A DNA stretch of 64,000 nucleotides from Candidatus Egerieisoma sp. (GCA_045125595.1 JBGVNN010000054.1:74182-138181), one strand, 5' to 3'. Positions 19,680 to 29,174 are shown, counted from the stretch's first letter. The notes: a model not told the origin generated them from the letters alone. Translations and numbers: made by a program.

Positions 19680-19707
19680 AAAAAATCACATCCTAAATTA
19701 ATCTAAA

Positions 19708-20793
19708 TTAAATGTCTTCACACAATAAATCAAAAATTGCTATAGCAGCTGCGGCCTCTACACAAGGTACGGCTCTGGGTAAAATACACGGGTCGTGGCG
19801 GCCCTTTACAGAAAGTTTTGTATTCTCTTTTACGGAAAGGTGCACGCTGTCTTGCTCTGTTGCTATAGACGGTGTTGGTTTTACCGCAACACGGAAAATT
19901 ATCGGCATTCCGGAGGAAATACCACCGAGAATACCGCCGTGATTATTAGTATAAGTTTTAACACTGCCATCTTCACAAATGTAATATCCATCGTTGTTTT
20001 GTGAACCCGTCATTTCTGTTACACCAAAACCACTGCCGAATTCAATACCTTTAATGGCAGGAATTCCAAAAACACATTGTGAAAGTCTGTTTTCAACTCC
20101 GTCAAATATCGGATTGCCAATGCCAACCGGCATACCGATGATAGCACATTCGATAGCGCCACCTATGGAGTTTCCAACAGATTTTTGTTCCAAAATCAAA
20201 TCTGACATAGCAGCTTCAGCCTCGGGATTGATAACAGGCAACTCTTTACCCAAAGAAGCTTGTAAATCTTGAACAGATACATTACAAGGGTCGTAGGAAG
20301 CATCGCAGACAGTACCTATTTTGGAAATGTGCGCGCCTATATATATGCCGCGCGCCTTTAAAATCTGAAGAATAATACCGCCGGCGATACAAAGAGGAGC
20401 TGTAAGTCTGCCTGAAAAATGTCCACCTCCGGTGGGATCTTGAAAACCTTTATATTTAACATTTGCAGTATAATCAGCATGTCCCGGACGCGGAGCATCA
20501 GCTAAATTTCCGTAGTCACCCGGGCGTGTATTAGTGTTGCGAATAATAGCCGTCAACGGTGCACCGCAAGTAACACCATTTACCAAACCGCACAAAAACT
20601 CCGGCGCATCAGCCTCTTTTCGCGGCGTGGCAAATTGAGAATTGCCGGGTGCGCGACGAGCTAAAAAAGATAACAACTCATCCATATCAATTTTAAAACC
20701 GGCGGGTAAACCGTCAATTGTTACACCGATTGCCTCAGAATGAGATTGCCCAAATATGGAAATTTTGACATTTTTTCCAAATACAGAAGCCAT
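19708..20793 (-). CDS. aroC: Chorismate synthase
   Basis: GQSHS, RPGHAD, GGHFSGRLT, GGISSG, KPTPS, GRHDPC. Confidence 0.97.
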   Translation of the reverse strand: MASVFGKNVKISIFGQSHSEAIGVTIDGLPAGFKIDMDELLSFLARRAPGNSQFATPRKEADAPEFLCGLVNGVTCGAPLTAIIRNTNTRPGDYGNLADAPRPGHADYTANVKYKGFQDPTGGGHFSGRLTAPLCIAGGIILQILKARGIYIGAHISKIGTVCDASYDPCNVSVQDLQASLGKELPVINPEAEAAMSDLILEQKSVGNSIGGAIECAIIGMPVGIGNPIFDGVENRLSQCVFGIPAIKGIEFGSGFGVTEMTGSQNNDGYYICEDGSVKTYTNNHGGILGGISSGMPIIFRVAVKPTPSIATEQDSVHLSVKENTKLSVKGRHDPCILPRAVPCVEAAAAIAIFDLLCEDI

Positions 20794-20799
20794 AAAAAA

Positions 20800-22149
20800 T
20801 CACTCCTTGTTTATATTTAACATATCATAATCCTGCCAAAAAAGAGGATAAGATTTATTTACTGCCTGCGAATCCATCACTGTGAGCTCATCTGAGCAAA
20901 CAGTCGCGGCAATTGCAGCTGTCATAGCTATTCTGTGGTCGTTGTGACTGCTGACATTACCTCCTTTGAGACGGAATATGTCCGCATCGCCGTTGCTTTT
21001 CCCTTTAATAATCAAACCATCCTCTGTAATTGTGATATCTGCACCTAAAGCGCTAAGCAACTCGCAAACGGTTGCGAGTCTGTCACTTTCTTTTAATCTC
21101 AAGCGTTGCGCATTGTATATCCTCGTCGTACCTTCGGCACAAGTAGCCGCTAATGATAAAATGGGAACCAAATCCGGTATATCCGCGGCATCTATTTCGA
21201 TGCCGCGCAGTTTTGCGCCGTCAACAGTGATGTTGCGCAAAACGCTGCCCGCAACATCACTGTCGCCGGCGGCGCGCCGCTCGCATTCGCTCGCGGCTTC
21301 TATTTCTATCTTCGCGCCAAATCGTTTGAGTATATCAATAACAGCTTTATCTCCTTGCTTGGAATCCTCGCGAAGCCCTGTCATACGAATTTTATTATTT
21401 CCGATTGCTCCGGCAACAAGCCAAAATGCAGCGTTTGACCAATCTCCGTCAGCGTAGAAAGTGAGATTTTCGTCAAAAAGACGATTTTTGTGCGAGCCGT
21501 CGATTGTAATAAGAGAATCGCCTTCAACTACAACATCAACACCGAAGTGTGAAAGAACTTCTAATGTCATATCAACATAAGGGCGAGACTCTAATTTTCC
21601 GATAATGTGAATTTCGCTTTTTGAGTCAAGTAACGGAAGTGCTAAGAGCAAACCTGTTATATATTGAGAAGAAATATTGCCTGCGATCTCGAATTTACCG
21701 CCGCGAAGCTTTCCGTATGTTTTATATGGCAAAGTGCCGACTTCATCCAAAATACATCCGTGTTTGATTAACTCTTCGCGAAGAGGCGACAGGGGTCTTT
21801 GCGGAAGTCTGCCTTCGGGGTGGAATTTTGCGTTAACACCCAATGCACATACAACAGGCAACATAAATCGCAATGTTGAGCCGCTTTCTGCGCAAAACAT
21901 TTCGGCGTCTTCTTGTGGCTCTGATATGCCGTGTACGGAAATTACTCCTTCGCCGGTTGTGATTTTTGCGCCCAACGCTTGCAAACATCTTATTGTTGCA
22001 TTTATGTCGTCGGAAAATTTACCGTCGCAAATGATTTTAGTATATTTGCCATACAAAGCAGCTGCAATGAGAAGTCTGTGTACATGTGATTTAGAAGGTA
22101 TTGCTTTTATTGTGCCTCTTAATTCGGGGCGGTAAAGATTCGTTGTCAT
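20800..22149 (-). CDS. aroA: 3-phosphoshikimate 1-carboxyvinyltransferase
   Basis: PSKSHVHR, ESGSTLRF, ISSQY, PYVDMT, RLKESDR, DHRIAM, KSYP. Confidence 0.95.
   Translation of the reverse strand: MTTNLYRPELRGTIKAIPSKSHVHRLLIAAALYGKYTKIICDGKFSDDINATIRCLQALGAKITTGEGVISVHGISEPQEDAEMFCAESGSTLRFMLPVVCALGVNAKFHPEGRLPQRPLSPLREELIKHGCILDEVGTLPYKTYGKLRGGKFEIAGNISSQYITGLLLALPLLDSKSEIHIIGKLESRPYVDMTLEVLSHFGVDVVVEGDSLITIDGSHKNRLFDENLTFYADGDWSNAAFWLVAGAIGNNKIRMTGLREDSKQGDKAVIDILKRFGAKIEIEAASECERRAAGDSDVAGSVLRNITVDGAKLRGIEIDAADIPDLVPILSLAATCAEGTTRIYNAQRLRLKESDRLATVCELLSALGADITITEDGLIIKGKSNGDADIFRLKGGNVSSHNDHRIAMTAAIAATVCSDELTVMDSQAVNKSYPLFWQDYDMLNINKE
21211..21242. repeat. TTTTGCG-N18-CGCAAAA copy inside the aroA coding sequence
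   Basis: ttttgcg ccgtcaacagtgatgttg cgcaaaa (encodes VLRNITVDGAKL on the - strand). Confidence 0.85.
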
Positions 22150-22179
22150 TGTAATGTCTCCTAATTATTAACAGAATTG

Positions 22180-23154
22180 TCAATTTTTTTTAGCAACATT
22201 ATTTAAGGGTTTGCCATCAAGATATCCTTTTAAATTGTCAAAAACTATGTTAACCAACCTTTGACGAGCTTCTATGGATGCCCAAGCGATATGAGGTGTG
22301 ATTATACAATTCGGAGCGTCAAAAAATGGGTGATCGGCTCGCATCGGCTCGCCGTCAAGTACATCTATACCTGCACCCGCAATTATGCCGTTATGCAAAG
22401 CTTCAGCGAGAGCAGTCTCATCTATAGTACCGCCTCTTGATGTATTTATAATAAAAGCGGAATTTTTCATCTTGGATAAAGAGTCTTTGTTGATAATTTT
22501 TCTTGTTTTATCTGTGAGCGGACAGTGTAAAGTAAGAAAATCCGACTCGGCCAAAAGCTCATCAAAAGACACAACAGGGTAGGGGCAATCCGACGGCTTT
22601 GTGCGTGTGTGAATGATAGGCTGCATACCGAATGCCACACCGATTCTTGCCACTGCTTTACCGATGGCACCATATCCCAGTATGCCTAACTTTTTTCCTG
22701 AAATTTCCATAATAGGGAAATCTAAATATGTGAAAATTTGAGATTTTTTCCAATCGCCGTCATGTACGGATTTGTCATATTTTACAGAATTTGACGCTAA
22801 ATTAAGAATCATAGCAAAAGTATGCTGTGCTACAGAATCAGTAGAATACCCCGGAACATTGCTGACTGTTATGCCTTTTTCAGCTGCTGCGGAGACATCG
22901 ATGTTATCATATCCCGTTGCCCATAAACCGATATATTTGAGATTGGGGCATTTGCTGAGAACATCAGCGGTAAATTTAGCTTTGCTGCAAATAACTGCCT
23001 CGGCATCTTTTACTATATCTTCTAAATTGCCATCCGGAACATTATCAAAGACTGTCACATTACCGAGTTTTTCAAGTGATTCTAAATTAATATCTCCTGA
23101 GGGTGTTACTGAGTTTTTTTCTAATATAATAATCTTTTTATTACTGTATTTCAT
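22180..23154 (-). CDS. D-2-hydroxyacid dehydrogenase (glycerate dehydrogenase/hydroxypyruvate reductase-like)
   Basis: ATGYDNID, GYGAIG, LHCPL, INTSRG, DVLDGEP, TPHIAW. Confidence 0.9.
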   Translation of the reverse strand: MKYSNKKIIILEKNSVTPSGDINLESLEKLGNVTVFDNVPDGNLEDIVKDAEAVICSKAKFTADVLSKCPNLKYIGLWATGYDNIDVSAAAEKGITVSNVPGYSTDSVAQHTFAMILNLASNSVKYDKSVHDGDWKKSQIFTYLDFPIMEISGKKLGILGYGAIGKAVARIGVAFGMQPIIHTRTKPSDCPYPVVSFDELLAESDFLTLHCPLTDKTRKIINKDSLSKMKNSAFIINTSRGGTIDETALAEALHNGIIAGAGIDVLDGEPMRADHPFFDAPNCIITPHIAWASIEARQRLVNIVFDNLKGYLDGKPLNNVAKKN

Positions 23155-23168
23155 AATAGTTATTCTCC

Positions 23169-23903
23169 TTATCTTAATGCCGATTCATTAATAACATCAA
23201 TTGTATGGTTAGCAATGATTCTTTCGGGCATATCGGGTGTATATAAATATGCAGTAAGACGGATTTTTTCGATTTCGGCTTGTTTTTTTGTCGCTGTAAG
23301 TTTTATTGAGGTCATTATTGTTTCGTCTTTCATACTGTTTTCTTCAAGATGGCTGTACCAACCGTTGACATGAATATCGTCATATAAATAAACTTCAATA
23401 TAGTCTCTGTTTTGCTGTGCATCAGCCGGCGATTTTACATCATAAAAAATATTGTTGCCGTTTTTTAAGAAAATTTCAACACTGTATGCAATTTTTACAT
23501 TTGCTGTATTTGTGTAAGAGTTCCAAGCGTGTGTCCATATATCTGCAAATTTGCCGTTGAGAACCTCTTCGGTTGAAGTAATTGCTTCAAAACAATCGAT
23601 GTCTTTTCCCGCAACCCATTCAGAAGAAAAACTGTTTACCAAAGTGCGTGTGCCATTTTCCGCAATGTAAAACCGTAAAATTTCCGGCATACCCGGCTCG
23701 GGAGTAGGAACAGGAACTGGAGTGGGCGTTGAACTGGGGATTTCAGACGGACTCTGCAGATTATTTTCGGGAGAAGTTGTTGCCGCCGGAAATGTCGGAG
23801 GCGTAATTGTCCCATTTGAATTTTGCACACTACCACATGAGGCGCAAAATAAAACAATAAATATGATAACGAAAAAAATAAGTCGATTTTTCATTTTGAA
23901 CAT
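23169..23903 (-). CDS. Hypothetical lipoprotein with a Pro/Thr/Ser-rich linker
   Basis: Hydrophobic signal with lipobox CASC; TPPTFPAATT...STPTPVPVPTP linker, then an unrecognised domain. Confidence 0.65.
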   Translation of the reverse strand: MFKMKNRLIFFVIIFIVLFCASCGSVQNSNGTITPPTFPAATTSPENNLQSPSEIPSSTPTPVPVPTPEPGMPEILRFYIAENGTRTLVNSFSSEWVAGKDIDCFEAITSTEEVLNGKFADIWTHAWNSYTNTANVKIAYSVEIFLKNGNNIFYDVKSPADAQQNRDYIEVYLYDDIHVNGWYSHLEENSMKDETIMTSIKLTATKKQAEIEKIRLTAYLYTPDMPERIIANHTIDVINESALR

Positions 23904-24025
23904 TCCTTCTGCTTAAATGTGTCTGTTTTGACAAACAGAATTGACAGAATTATATCATACTGCAGAAAAAAATGCCATAAAAATATTCAGCTATTGTTCA
24001 GCTGTTATTCATCTATTCTTCATCT

Positions 24026-24274
24026 GAGAGTTTTGCGCACAGGTTACAAGTTTGACGCAAAACATAATAGTTGTGAGAATCGTTTTTCTGGTTTTGCGCA
24101 CACAAGATAAGTTTTGCGCAAAAATAAATGTGTGAGGCATGTGGGTTTTAATAGTAGCTGAGAGTTTTGCGCACAGGTCACAAGTTTGACGCAAAACGAA
24201 ATGTGTGTGTGTGAGATGAGTTTTGTTGATAGCCGTGAGTTTTGCGCACGGGGGGTTAATTTGACGCAAAACTC
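24026..24274. repeat. Tandem array of four TTTTGCG-N18-CGCAAAA units
   Basis: Units at 24031-24062, 24092-24123, 24165-24196 and 24240-24271 (periods 61, 73, 75). Units 1 and 3 are almost identical, and TGTGAG recurs in the linkers. Confidence 0.92.
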
Positions 24275-24323
24275 TTGAGCTTAAAAGCAGATGTTTTTAA
24301 ATCGTGGGCTTTTTTGCAAAAAT

Positions 24324-24348
24324 AAAAACAGCCCGATTAAGGGCTGTT
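24324..24348 (-). terminator. Rho-independent terminator of the mrp / C_GCAxxG_C_C operon
   Basis: aacagccc-gattaa-gggctgtt stem with an A-run on its left (T-run on the - strand). Confidence 0.7.
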
Positions 24349-24389
24349 CGTGAAATTTTGAGTTTTAACAGTTTGTTGCAAATTTCGAT

Positions 24390-24866
24390 TTACTCAATCT
24401 TTAAAAATTGTGACAGAATTTCTGCGGCATCGCCAACGAGTTCACCACAGGGCCTTTTTTGGTAATATTCCGCTGTACGAGGAGCAGGCGGGGTGACTGA
24501 AGACATTTCCGATACGGAAATAGGGTCGCGCCCTGTGAATTCGCCACTAAGAAGTTCACGACAAATATAGCTGCCGTTTTTGTCCTTGAACTGAGATGCC
24601 AACTCTTGTATGCGTTTGTAATGAGCAGCTTTGGCTTCGGGGTCTTTGGGATCTGAGTATCCGGAAATCATTCCGATTGCCATAAACATACCGGAAACTG
24701 CACCGCAAACCTCACGAAGCTTGCCCATGCCGCCTCCAAAAGAAGAAGCGAGCAGTGCGGAAGCTTCGCTGCTAAGACCGGTTAAGTCCTGAAAAGCCAA
24801 GAGTACTGCCTGACAACAGTTGTAACCTTTATTAAAATAATCAACAGCAATTTCGCGTCTGGTCAT
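24390..24866 (-). CDS. C_GCAxxG_C_C family putative redox protein
   Basis: YNCCQAV, FGGGMG, EVCGAVSG, ICRELL, RPC. Confidence 0.9.
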   Translation of the reverse strand: MTRREIAVDYFNKGYNCCQAVLLAFQDLTGLSSEASALLASSFGGGMGKLREVCGAVSGMFMAIGMISGYSDPKDPEAKAAHYKRIQELASQFKDKNGSYICRELLSGEFTGRDPISVSEMSSVTPPAPRTAEYYQKRPCGELVGDAAEILSQFLKIE

Positions 24867-24874
24867 AATATTTG

Positions 24875-25699
24875 TTACAATTTTTCGATGTAATCAGCTA
24901 ATTTGTCAAGCGCAGCATTTTCGAAAAGTTCGATTGTGCCTTTATCGCAGGCTGCCGTCAGCTTGCCGTCTATCGGAATTTTTGCAACCATTGGTATATT
25001 GTGTTTGGCTGCGATTTCATCTATATGGCTCTCTCCGTAAATTTTGTGCTCTTTGCCGCAATCGGGGCAAACATAGTAAGACATATTCTCTACTATACCA
25101 AGAACAGGAATGTTCATAAGATTTGCCATTTTAACAGCTTTTTCAACAATCATAGAAACCAACTCTTGAGGAGAAGTAACTATGATGATGCCGCAAATCG
25201 GTAAAGACTGAAAAACTGTCAAAGGTACATCACCTGTTCCGGGAGGCATATCCACAAACATAAAATCGACATCTTCCCAAACAACATCTGTCCAAAATTG
25301 TTTAACTGTGCCTGCAATAACAGGTCCGCGCCAAACTACTGGATCAGTCTCGTCTTCAAGAAGTAAATTGAGAGACATTGTTTTAATTCCTGTTTTTGTC
25401 ATAACAGGGTAAATGCCGCCTTGATCGCCGGTTGCTTTTTCTTTTAATCCGAAAGCTTTCGGAATTGAAGGGCCTGTTATGTCTGCGTCTAAAATAGCTG
25501 TCTGATATTCTCTGCGACGCATATTAACTGCCATAAGTGATGTCACAAGAGATTTGCCGACACCGCCTTTGCCGCTGACAACAGCGATAACTTTTTTGAT
25601 ATCTGAACCAACATGTGGCTTTTCTAAAAATGATTCAGGCTTTCTGCTTGAACAGTTTGAACTGCAATTTGAACAATCATGATTGCATCCTTCACTCAT
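24875..25699 (-). CDS. mrp: Mrp/NBP35 family Fe-S cluster carrier ATPase
   Basis: N-terminal Cys cluster, SGKGGVGKS, DADITGPS, WRGP, DMPPGTGD, ENMS..CPDC. Confidence 0.93.
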   Translation of the reverse strand: MSEGCNHDCSNCSSNCSSRKPESFLEKPHVGSDIKKVIAVVSGKGGVGKSLVTSLMAVNMRRREYQTAILDADITGPSIPKAFGLKEKATGDQGGIYPVMTKTGIKTMSLNLLLEDETDPVVWRGPVIAGTVKQFWTDVVWEDVDFMFVDMPPGTGDVPLTVFQSLPICGIIIVTSPQELVSMIVEKAVKMANLMNIPVLGIVENMSYYVCPDCGKEHKIYGESHIDEIAAKHNIPMVAKIPIDGKLTAACDKGTIELFENAALDKLADYIEKL

Positions 25700-25796
25700 T
25701 TAAAACATCTCCTTAAAAAATAAAGTACAAGCTATATTATAACACGTGTCTTGACAAAAAGCGAGCCTGTATGAGATAATTTAAAAGGTGATAAAA

Positions 25797-26420
25797 ATGG
25801 ATCAACTTAAGCTCATAGTAGCTCAAAATATAACGGACTTGCGCCGAAAAAATAATATGACACAAGCAGAGCTTGCCGAAAAGTTAAATTACTCGGATAA
25901 AGCAATATCGAAATGGGAGAGGGGAGAATCACTCCCTGATGTAACCGTGCTTAAAAGTATTGCAGATATTTTTAGAGTTACGGTCGATTATCTTTTGAAA
26001 CCTGAACACCACGAAGAAGAAGAACGTTTGCGTAAAAAAAACTTTCTCGACAGGAGAAAAAGACGTAATTGTAAAATAATAATGTGGATGAGTATTTTGC
26101 TCGTTTGGCTATTGGCTACAGTCGCTTTTGTAATTATTAATACTGTATCTAAAAACAATATATGGTCGATTTCGCCGTTTGTGTTTGCTGTGCCGATATC
26201 ATTCATTTTAGGTATTGTTTTTAATACCATATGGTTTAACAAAAGGCATAATTTTTTGATTATTTCGCTTTTGATGTGGTCTGTGATTGCATCCCTTTTC
26301 TTTACATTATTTTGGTGCGGCATTAAGGTTTATTTGCTTTATGCACTCGGTGTGCCCGGGCAGGCAATAATTTTCTTGTGGTCAGGTATGCGCTTTTCAG
26401 GAAATAAAAAGAAAAGATAG
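25797..26420 (+). CDS. XRE family HTH regulator with four C-terminal transmembrane helices
   Basis: LRRKNNMTQAELAEKLNYSDKAISKWERG..PD HTH, then hydrophobic helices; AGGTGA RBS and a TTGACA-18-GATAAT promoter at 25751-25780. Confidence 0.88.
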   Translation: MDQLKLIVAQNITDLRRKNNMTQAELAEKLNYSDKAISKWERGESLPDVTVLKSIADIFRVTVDYLLKPEHHEEEERLRKKNFLDRRKRRNCKIIMWMSILLVWLLATVAFVIINTVSKNNIWSISPFVFAVPISFILGIVFNTIWFNKRHNFLIISLLMWSVIASLFFTLFWCGIKVYLLYALGVPGQAIIFLWSGMRFSGNKKKR

Positions 26421-26446
26421 AGCCTTGAATTTTGCCTATATTCCTT

Positions 26447-26475
26447 GCACTCTACAATAAGTAGAGTGCTTTTTT
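26447..26475 (+). terminator. Rho-independent terminator after the XRE gene
   Basis: gcactctac-aataa-gtagagtgc followed by a T-run. Confidence 0.7.
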
Positions 26476-26598
26476 GTTAATTCTACAGTGCAATCTACTA
26501 ACAGTATACTCGTGGAAGTATGAAGTTTAGTGACTGTTTTGCATTTTTTGGTATACTCATGAATGTATAAAAAATATTGCACACGGAGGATTGCACAG

Positions 26599-27465
26599 AT
26601 GAAAGATTATGTTATATTCACTGATTCCGCTTGCGACATGGAATTATCAACATTAAAGGAATGGAATGTGAAATGTGTTGACCTTACTCTTAAATTTGAG
26701 GGTGAGGATAAGGTTTGGGCAAACAGCGATGTTGAACCCAAAGCCTTTTATCAGAAAATGAGAGACGGCGGTGTTGCGAAGACATCTGCAGTTAATACGG
26801 AAATTTTTAAACAAGCCTTTGAAGAAGAAATAAAAAAGGGTAACGATGTAATTTATATCGCTTTTTCTTCAGGTCTCAGCACAACTTGTAACTCAGGTGC
26901 CTTTGCTTGCAGAGCCCTTTCAGAAACTTATCCTGATTTTAAATTAATCACTGTAGACAGCCTTGCGGCTTCGGCAGGCTTCGGAATGTTGCTGTACCTT
27001 GCAGTTCAAAAGAAAAACGAAGGAGCTACAATAGAAGAGCTTGCAGAATTTGTTAAAGAAACGGTTCCTCACATCTGTCATTGGTTCACAGTTGACGATT
27101 TGGTTTATTTAAAACGCGGTGGCAGAGTTAGTCCGGCAGCAGCATTTATCGGCGGAATGCTCGGCATCAAGCCCGTTCTTCATGTAGATGACGAAGGTCA
27201 CCTCGTTCCCGTTACAAAAGTGCGCGGCAGAAAGGCTTCAATAAAAGCTCTTGCAGACAAATACGGCGAGCTTGCTCAAGATAAGAGTAAAGGTCCGATT
27301 TTTATTTGCCAGGGAGATTGCGCAGAAGATGCACAGCTTTTGGCTGACATCATTAAAGAAGAATACGGACGCGAAATTGATATGACTGTTTACACGGGTC
27401 CTGTAATAGGCGCACATTCCGGCCCCGGAACATTAGCTCTTTTCTTCGTAGGAAAGAATAAATAA
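26599..27465 (+). CDS. degV: DegV family fatty-acid-binding protein (FakB-like)
   Basis: TDSACD, KTSAVN, FSSGLS, LKRGGR, IKPVL, GAHSGPG; GGAGG RBS before ATG 26599. Confidence 0.92.
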   Translation: MKDYVIFTDSACDMELSTLKEWNVKCVDLTLKFEGEDKVWANSDVEPKAFYQKMRDGGVAKTSAVNTEIFKQAFEEEIKKGNDVIYIAFSSGLSTTCNSGAFACRALSETYPDFKLITVDSLAASAGFGMLLYLAVQKKNEGATIEELAEFVKETVPHICHWFTVDDLVYLKRGGRVSPAAAFIGGMLGIKPVLHVDDEGHLVPVTKVRGRKASIKALADKYGELAQDKSKGPIFICQGDCAEDAQLLADIIKEEYGREIDMTVYTGPVIGAHSGPGTLALFFVGKNK

Positions 27466-27475
27466 GGAGATTGTT

Positions 27476-29137
27476 ATGTCAAAACAGATAGATGGTATTG
27501 CATATTCAAATATGTTAAAGCGTGCCGCAATTAATTTGCGCAATCACGCAGGAGAAATCAACGATTTAAATGTATTTCCGATTCCTGACGGAGATACAGG
27601 AGATAATATGTTGCTCACGCTTATGGGCGGAGTTGATGCTTTAAAGAGCGAGAGTGCTTCTTTGGCTGAAGTGTCACGTAACGTTGCAAACGGAATGCTC
27701 TTCAGTGCTCGCGGCAACTCAGGTGTTATTCTTTCACAATTCTTTGACGGAATAGCTGCCGGCTTAAGTGAATCTGATGTTGCAGATTCACGTCAACTCA
27801 GTAAAGCCTTCAGAATGGGTGTTAAACATGCATATAATGCAGTTATGAAACCTACAGAAGGTACAATATTAACTGTTGCACGTGATGCAACCGAGTTTGC
27901 TTACAAAAGTAAAAGCGATAACCCTGAAGAATTCTTCGGTTCATTCATAGAAGAAGGTAAGCGCTCACTCGACAGAACTCCGGAACTTCTTCCTATGCTC
28001 AAAAAAGCAGGTGTTGTAGACTCCGGTGCTGCAGGTCTTATTTGTATAGTAGAGGGTATGTTCAGTGCACTTGACGGGGATACAAGTTACGATTATACAC
28101 AGCTTAATTCTTTACCTAAAGCAAGCGGAGCAGATGAGCTTAACTTAGATGCATTTGATGAAAACAGCGTATTGGAGTTCGGATACTGTACAGAGCTCCT
28201 TGTAAGACTTCAAAATGCAAAGACTGATATAGAAAATTTTGACATTTCTGTCGTTACTGACTTTTTGCAAACATTGGGAGATTCGATTGCAGCTTTTAAA
28301 ACGGGAAGCATCGTAAAAATTCACGTTCATACAAAAACTCCCGATAAGGTTCTTGCTTTTTGCCAGCAATATGGTGAGTTTCTAAAATTAAAGATAGAGA
28401 ATATGACGTTGCAACACAATAATACGATGTCAGCAGAAGAGAGCGACAAACTTTCCGAAGAAGGAAATACGGAGCGCAAAGCATATGCTGTAGTAGCTGT
28501 AGCGTGCGGAGAGGGCATTCAGCAGACATTCCGTGAGATAGGTGCGGATGTTATAGTTGAGGGCGGACAGAGCATGAACCCTTCGTCAGAGGACTTTTTG
28601 AAGGCGTTTGATAAAGTGAATGCGGATACGATTTTTGTTTTCCCGAACAACTCAAATGTTATTATGGCGGCAAAGCAAGCGGCGCAACTTTATAATAAGG
28701 CCGATGTGAGAATAATTAACAGCCGTACTATTGGTGATGGATATGCGGCACTTACGATGACTGATGGAGAGCTTACGAATCCTGATGAAATCGAAGCAGT
28801 ATTTAACATGGGCATGGAGAATGTGGTGACAGCGGAGGTTTCACAGTGCGTTCGTGATGCCGACATGCAAGATGTGCAAGTGCATAAAGGTGACTATATC
28901 GGTTTTGTGGGCAAAGATATTTTGTCTGCTATGCCTGAAAGAAAATCGGCAACTCTTGCTATGTGTGACAAAATTGATTGGAAATCTCACGATATATGTA
29001 TTTTAATCAGAGGCGTTGATTCCACAGCAGAAGAGACAGAAGAAATAAAGAGTTATATTGAAAGTAAACATAAAACAGAAGTTTACACAGTAGACGGCAA
29101 ACAAGAAATTTACAGTTATATCTTGATTGCAGAATAA
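27476..29137 (+). CDS. fakA: DAK2-domain fatty acid kinase subunit (FakA/YloV-like)
   Basis: LNVFPIPDGDTGDNM, ARGNSGVILSQ, GVVDSG, YCTE, KIHVHT, GGQSMNPS, PNNSN. Confidence 0.88.
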   Translation: MSKQIDGIAYSNMLKRAAINLRNHAGEINDLNVFPIPDGDTGDNMLLTLMGGVDALKSESASLAEVSRNVANGMLFSARGNSGVILSQFFDGIAAGLSESDVADSRQLSKAFRMGVKHAYNAVMKPTEGTILTVARDATEFAYKSKSDNPEEFFGSFIEEGKRSLDRTPELLPMLKKAGVVDSGAAGLICIVEGMFSALDGDTSYDYTQLNSLPKASGADELNLDAFDENSVLEFGYCTELLVRLQNAKTDIENFDISVVTDFLQTLGDSIAAFKTGSIVKIHVHTKTPDKVLAFCQQYGEFLKLKIENMTLQHNNTMSAEESDKLSEEGNTERKAYAVVAVACGEGIQQTFREIGADVIVEGGQSMNPSSEDFLKAFDKVNADTIFVFPNNSNVIMAAKQAAQLYNKADVRIINSRTIGDGYAALTMTDGELTNPDEIEAVFNMGMENVVTAEVSQCVRDADMQDVQVHKGDYIGFVGKDILSAMPERKSATLAMCDKIDWKSHDICILIRGVDSTAEETEEIKSYIESKHKTEVYTVDGKQEIYSYILIAE

Positions 29138-29174
29138 TTAAGCATTTTCCTATTACACATAAACCATTCCAAAG

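Noticed and set aside
20966-22135. Long antisense ORFs opposite aroA, and similar ones opposite tmcAL, infB and other genes
   Set aside because: They are shadow ORFs of well-supported genes on the other strand.
24009-24269. 86-aa ORF over the repeat array, and short ORFs over the other motif pairs (1945-2325, 4793-4987)
   Set aside because: No RBS or recognisable protein features; the recurring CAK/FCA peptides simply reflect the DNA motif.
24026-24274. CRISPR array
   Set aside because: The periods are irregular (61/73/75), the repeat has a variable interior, the linkers resemble each other, there are no cas genes in the window, and the same motif occurs singly elsewhere.
26445-26471. CIRCE (HrcA) element
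   Set aside because: GCACTC...GAGTGC resembles it, but the spacer is 11 rather than 9, the TTA/TAA ends are missing, a T-run follows and no chaperone gene is downstream. It is better read as a terminator.
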